Positions 57,761-64,000 of a stretch of 64,000 nt of DNA are shown piece after piece. The stretch's first letter is position 1, and each line of letters begins with the position of its first letter. Source of the stretch: the human T2T-CHM13v2.0 reference genome, Homo sapiens. The position numbers were made by a program, and so were the translations under genes. Location: the NCBI RefSeq assembly GCF_009914755.1, contig NC_060938.1; one strand, 5' to 3'. A model generated the notes under the pieces. That model was given only the letters and a program-made list of their open reading frames with translations. It ran no database searches and was not told the origin of the DNA.

Positions 57761-58542
57761 TAGAATTGAGACTTCTGAACTTTCCCCACCAATGTGATTT
57801 CCCTGATCTTTTTTTAAACAACATTAAAATGACAGTACTTCTGAGAAAATATAAATACATTAAAAAGCATGTATTTTTAATGACAAAGAGTAGGAAAGGT
57901 GATCATGTGAGTAAATGATGAATGTCTTCAAAAACCAAGAGAGAGCTGCACGCTAAGTACTTGCATGGGTGAAATCAATAAAATGCAAGCTAATTCAAAT
58001 CACAAAATCTAGGAAATATTTTATCAATTAAATCTTAAGTGTTCTGCAAATGAGAATATAGGTGACACTGAAGCTGGCCAGTCTCATTCTGCACAGTCAA
58101 GCACTACTTCTTACTCATCCCAGAAAAAAGACTAGAATTTTCTTTCTGTTAAAATGTCATCACCAAGACTCAAGGAGAATAAGCACAGTTGGGGTTAGAA
58201 GGCAGGTACTGTTCTGAAAACAGGATTATATGAAAATTTACATTCTAAAATGTAAGAATAACAATCCTCTTATCCACTCACTCAACTCATAGAATATTGG
58301 CAAAATGTATACCTTCCAAGTAAGAGATGAGAGTACTGAGGAAGCTGACAGGCCCAAGGAAAAGAAAAAAAAAAAAAAACCTACAAAAAGTATCACTGGG
58401 GGGGAGGAGCCAAGATGGCCGAATAGGAACAGCTCCGGTCTACAGCTCCCAGCGTCAGCGACGCAGAAGACGGGTGATTTCTGCATTTCCATCTGAGGTA
58501 CCAGGTTCATCTCACTAGGGAGTGCCAGACAGTGGGCACAGG

Positions 58543-58851
58543 TCAGTGGGTGCGTGCACCGTGCGCGAGCCAAAGCAGGGCGAGGCATTGCCTCACTCCG
58601 GAAGCGCAAGCGGTCAGGGAGTTCCCTTTCCTAGTCAAAGAAAGGGGTGACAGACGGCAACTGGAAAATCGGGTCGCTCCCACCCGAATACTGCGCTTTT
58701 CCGACGGGCTTAAAAAACGGCGCACCACGAGATTATATCCCGCACCTGGCTCGGAGGGTCCTACGCCCACGGAGTCTCCCTGATTGCTAGCACAGCAGTC
58801 TGAGATCAAACTGCAAGGCGGCAGCGAGGCTGGGGGAGGGGCGCCCACCAT
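58543..58851 (-). CDS. L1 antisense ORF0 (102-codon form)
   Basis: MVGAPPPASLPPCSLISDCCASNQ... inside ORF 58543..58920; ATG at 58851-58849; expression not shown. Confidence 0.55.
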   Translation of the reverse strand: MVGAPPPASLPPCSLISDCCASNQGDSVGVGPSEPGAGYNLVVRRFLSPSEKRSIRVGATRFSSCRLSPLSLTRKGNSLTACASGVRQCLALLWLAHGARTH

Positions 58852-59306
58852 TGCACAGGCGTGCTTAGGTAAACAAAGCAGCAGGGAAGCTCGAACTGGG
58901 TGGAGCCCACCACAGCTCAAGGAGGCCTGCCTGCCTCTGTAGGCTCCACCTCTGGGGGCAGGGCACAGACAAACAAAAAGACAGCAGTAACCTCCGCAGA
59001 CTTAAATGTCCCTGTCTGACAGCTTTGAAGAGAGCCGTGGTTCTACCAGCACGCAGCTGGAGATCTGAGAACAGGCAGACTGCCTCCTCAAGTGGGTCCC
59101 TGACCCCTGACCCCCGAGCAGCCTAACTGGGAGGCACCCCCCAGCAGGGGCACACTGACACCTCACATGGCAGGGTACTCCAACAGACCTGCAGCTGAGG
59201 GTCCTGTCTGTTAGAAGGAAAACTAACAAACAGAAAGGACATCCACACCAAAAACCCGTCTGTACATCACCATCATCAAAGACCAAAAGTAGATAAAACC
59301 ACAAAG

Positions 59307-60323
59307 ATGGGGAAAAAACAGAACAGAAAAACTGGAAACTCTAAAAAGCAGAGTGCCTCTCCTCCTCCAAAGGAACGCAGTTCCTCACCAGCAACGGAAC
59401 AAAGCTGGACGGAGAATGACTTTGACGAGCTGAGAGAAGAAGGCTTCAGACGATCAAATTACTCTGAGCTACAGGAGGACATTCAAACCAAAGGCAAAGA
59501 AGTTGAAAACTTTGAAAAAAATTTAGAAGAATGTATAACGAGAATAACCAATACAGAGAAGTGCTTAAAGGAGCTGATGGAGCTGAAGACCAAGGCTCGA
59601 GAACTACATGAAGAATGCAGAAGCCTCAGGAGCCGATGCGATCAACTGGAAGAAAGGGTATCAGCGATGGAAGATGAAATGAATGAAATGAAGCGAGAAG
59701 GGAAGTTTAGAGAAAAAAGAATGAAAAGAAATGAGCAAAGCCTCCAAGAAATATGGGACTATGTGAAAAGACCAAATCTACATCTGATTGGTGTACCTGA
59801 AAGTGATGTGGAGAATGGAACCAAGTTGGAAAACACTCTGCAGGATATTATCCAGGAGAAATTCCCCAATATAGCAAGGCAGGCCAACGTTCAGATTCAG
59901 GAAATACAGAGAATGCCACAAAGATACTCCTCGAGAAGAGCAACTCCAAGACACATAATTGTCAGATTCACCAAAGTTGAAATGAAGGAAAAAATGTGAA
60001 GGGCAGCCAGAGAGAAAGGTCGGGTTACCCTCAAAGGGAAGCCCATCAGACTAACAGTGGATCTCTCGGCAGAAACCCTACAAGCCAGAAGAGAGTGGGG
60101 GCCAATATTCAACATTCTTCAAGAAAAGAATTTTCAACCCAGAATTTCATATCCAGCCAAACTAAGCTTCATAAGTGAAGGAGAAATAAAATGCTTTACA
60201 GACAAGCAAATGCTGAGAGATTTTCTCACCACCAGGCCTGCCCTAAAGGAGCTCCTGAAGGAAGCGCTAAACATGGAAAGGAACAACCGGTACCAGCCGC
60301 TGCAAAATCATGCCAAAATGTAA
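59307..60323 (+). pseudogene. L1 ORF1p with a premature stop
   Basis: MGKKQNRKTG...; TTA>TGA at 59997-59999; C-terminal part still open to the natural TAA. Confidence 0.95.
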
Positions 60324-60386
60324 AGACCATCGAGACTAGGAAGAAACTGCATCAACTGACGAGCAAAATAACCAGCTAACATCAGA

Positions 60387-64000
<3,614 letters not shown>

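Overview
Human (hominoid) genomic DNA from inside TSHR, the thyrotropin receptor gene, on the + strand. The window holds the end of intron 1, coding exons 2-8 (each about one leucine-rich repeat, all flanked by phase-2 introns) and the start of intron 8. Intron 8 contains the alternative terminal exon of the truncated, TM-less isoforms, with two in-frame acceptors and its own AATAAA. The rest is intron filled with transposons: about 17 Alu/FAM copies, THE1, MER57, MER61-like, MER21, MLT1 and ERV1 LTRs, Tigger6/MER6/MER20/MER53/MER58 DNA elements, old L1M/L2/MIR, a twin-primed L1PA2/3, and a 5'-intact but inactivated L1PA2/3 that runs off the right edge. I see no new multi-gene system. The most unusual structure is in intron 2: a ~370-bp templated insertion inside a (TA)n tract, made of a direct copy of 10834-10993 and an inverted copy of 11346-11512, joined by a fold-back hairpin. 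This looks like a fossil of template-switching break repair. Repeat family names come from recalled consensus sequences, not from a database search.
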